In this document: positions 61,670 through 64,000 of the stretch, piece after piece
Layout: each line of letters starts with the position of its first letter
Numbering within the stretch: the first letter of the stretch is position 1
Assembly (NCBI RefSeq): GCF_006345805.1
Contig: NC_043001.1
Coordinates: forward strand, 115,568,001 to 115,632,000
DNA length: 64,000 bases
Source: Octopus sinensis
Lineage: Eukaryota
Direction of reading: 5' to 3'
Made by a program: the position numbers and the translations under genes
Notes under the pieces: model-generated
Databases searched by the model: none
What the model saw: the letters and a program-made list of their open reading frames with translations, nothing else
Told to the model about the DNA's origin: nothing

Positions 61670-61725
61670 TTGTTACAGTTGTACTTTATGAAGCCATTGA
61701 TTTCTACACACAGGAATCAATATAG
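61670..61725 (+). CDS. Probable terminal coding exon (V)VTVVLYEAIDFYTQESI*
   Basis: Acceptor gtttgtttcacattag|TT at 61670 (or in-frame gttacag|TT at 61679), phase 1, ending in TAG 61723-61725. VLYEAI fits the ITIM consensus, in keeping with the upstream Tyr exons. Confidence 0.65.
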
Positions 61726-61838
61726 GTTGCTTATTTCAGTATTATGTATACCTGTTATGTATTTGTGTACATCACCAATATATATGTGCATGTGGATGTA
61801 TGTATTCATATATAAGTTTATATGTACATTAATGCATT

Positions 61839-61885
<47 letters not shown>

Positions 61886-63084
61886 AATGGGGGTGTCTGT
61901 CTCCAAAACTCTAAGTTTGAGTAATGTTTTCATGCTTGGATTTGGAAACTACAATAAGAATAATCAATCCAATAGACTTTCTAAATTCAGCAGAGTTTAT
62001 TTCTATTCACTTATCTTTATAGACCCAAGTTCCTTCAGCATTTGTCCATATTTGGATTTCCAGATTTGGCTTCATGAATAATATAAATGATGAAAGAGCT
62101 GAATCTAAAATCTAGTTGCAAAAAGGGAAGGTCCAAGCTGTTCATGTAAACATTGTTGGGTGGAGTTCTTCTTGTGCCCTTTCAATAGTGTTCTTCCTGA
62201 GTCCTTTCAGTTTCAGACTTATCCTTCAAATAATGTTCTACATGCATCATCGAAGGATTTGAAGAATCATTTTGTTCTCATCATATCCAATTCTGAACAG
62301 GCAATATTGGCATGATCACTTTCATTATCATCTTCAGGAAAAGAAGATTCATCACAAATAATTTTTTCCCATTCTTTATGGAAGCTGGATAACAATTGTG
62401 AAATCTCTTCAAGGCTTAGCTTTTGATTCTTTGATATTTCGTGGAAGGATTACAAAGGACAAATGAATAGTTGGCAGGCTGTCAATGTTTTATACTTGTT
62501 GAATTATGATGCAATACTAATTGTTTGTTTCATAAAAATGATGCACTAAATAGTAGTATTGCATCATCTTCAGATGTCTTAGTAAATGCTGTTAGAGATC
62601 TTTGCCCCAGTATGGGATGAGGTTGTGCAAACTGATCTCAAAATGCTGAGCCTTACAGAAGAGATGACAATGGATTGGGAGGGTTGGTGCCCTGCCATGC
62701 TCAAGAAGACCTGCCCATAGCAAGCAGAACACCTACCCAAAACCTGGTCACAGTATCTCAACGTGCTGTGTGCACTGAGGATACAACTTTTTTGTAACCC
62801 CGTAGTCCTGTATCATATTCTGTCGAGTTTTTGCTAGAAGACTATGAAAATCAATGTTTTTTTTTTCTATTTGCTCAAAAAAGTTCACTCATGACTAACT
62901 TTGAAATTTTTATATTTGGTTGCATTTGGGTGGGTTTCCAAAAACTAGAACCCTGATAGAATAATAAACAATAAAGGAAAAAAAGATCCATAACTGTTAA
63001 AAGAATTATATTCTACATTCCAGACCAATAAAAAGAAGGTAAGTCATATAAAGTCAAATTAGTCAATAGTCAAGTTGCGGCAAG

Positions 63085-64000
63085 TCTAATAGAGAGAATG
63101 AAACTCAATGGCAGGTTAGCTTTGTTCTTGCATGTGGTGTGTAGTTCTTGCATGACTTTAATTGCTCACTCATAGCATTAATTGCTTCTGCTGATCTTTA
63201 ATTTTGAGGGCTCTTGTTTCCAGTGATTTGTCAAGCATATCAAAGAAGTCTTGTAGAGTAGTAAGGTTTGTGATAGCTCTGCATAATCTTCAGCTCTATA
63301 CACTTGGTCACTGAACCAGTGGTCTGCCCAGTCATATGAGATGACTAGCAGACCATCTGCAATCTCTCACATGTGACGTAAGTAAAAATATAAGAAGGGC
63401 TAGGATTGTTTGCAAATTCCATCTGGCATTACTGATGTTTGGAATTTTCTGAAACTTGATGAAAGGGATGTCTCTCTTTCCATGGAAGAACTTGAAGGCA
63501 TGGGTTAAGTGAAACAGAAACTTCATATCTCTCTCAACCAGCTTGATCTACTATGACGATTTCCATTCTGGAAGGAGCCTTGGAGTTCTTCATACCTTGT
63601 CATGAGTTCTTTGACAAGAAAATATCCGATGTTGAGTGAATTGCTTGCACTAGCTAGCTCCTCATCCATAAAATATGCAGGATTCTGTCCAAGACATGGT
63701 GTTTGTTGCTCATGAATTGTGGCTCATCATAGCATTTGTTCAAGAAATTCTCTGCAGTCTAACCACTACCCAACTCTTTCATCCGGTATTCACACTCGTC
63801 GTATCAGCAATAATCATTTAGTGAAATTCATCCAAGATGCTTTTCAATCCTTCTGCAATGCTTCTCGACCTTGTCACCACACAGCTTCAGAGCAGCCAGC
63901 TTAATTTCACTTGTTTTGTCTTGATGAATTACCACTTGATATTCATTTCCGTCAATATGTTTACCATCAAAATGCAGGTCCCATTTCTGATTGCCTAGTG
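63085..64000 (-). mobile_element. Degenerate DDE transposase (hAT-related, family uncertain), runs off window end
   Basis: Minus frames: WDLHFDGKH, IIADTTSVNTG, KHHVLDRIL, NISNARWN, RSN*CYE*AIKVMQE. Confidence 0.6.

Larger units (their letters stand above)
3129..61725 (+). other. Multi-exon gene (5' part not identified in window): type I transmembrane Ig-superfamily receptor with multi-tyrosine cytoplasmic tail
   Basis: 13 candidate exons join in phase 1 throughout: Ig-Ig-Ig-TM-(8 mini-exons)-terminal exon. All junction codons are sense codons (Y,V,K,G,R,G,S,T,D,A,N,V). The first exon needs three +1 corrections. Nearest family (nephrin/kirre-, CD22/Siglec-like etc.) cannot be assigned without a search. 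Confidence 0.85.

Noticed and set aside
62040-62570. Possible piggyBac-like acidic N-terminus (LSLEEISQLL...EDDNESD) with a short inverted repeat
   Set aside because: No catalytic motifs or TTAA/TIR boundaries visible; too weak to call.

Overview
AT-rich, repeat-dense eukaryotic DNA with (TA)n/(TG)n microsatellites and many LINE, SINE and DNA-transposon remnants. The repeat landscape is consistent with an Octopus-type coleoid cephalopod (inference). Most ORF-track entries are repeat artefacts. Reading splice signals by hand gives the 3' part of one + strand gene spanning about 3.1-61.7 kb: a type I Ig-superfamily receptor with at least 3 Ig-domain exons, a transmembrane exon, and a cytoplasmic tail built from 8 symmetric phase-1 mini-exons (18, 18, 42, 42, 60, 42, 60, 42 nt) plus a probable terminal exon. 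Two local tandem duplications created the repeated exons. Paralogous copies have diverged in their tyrosine motifs (YVTI/YATI, YLEL/YLEM, YVNV/YVKV, terminal VLYEAI), and one copy has lost its acceptor AG. Introns hold two near full-length mariners, a Tc1-like element, many RTE LINE copies with a PHD-type finger, an internally deleted CR1/L2-group LINE sharing its 3' tail with a SINE, and foldback elements. They also hold a young Penelope-like element with 320-bp inverted repeats, each carrying a minimal hammerhead ribozyme. No CRISPR, rRNA or bona fide tRNA genes were seen.
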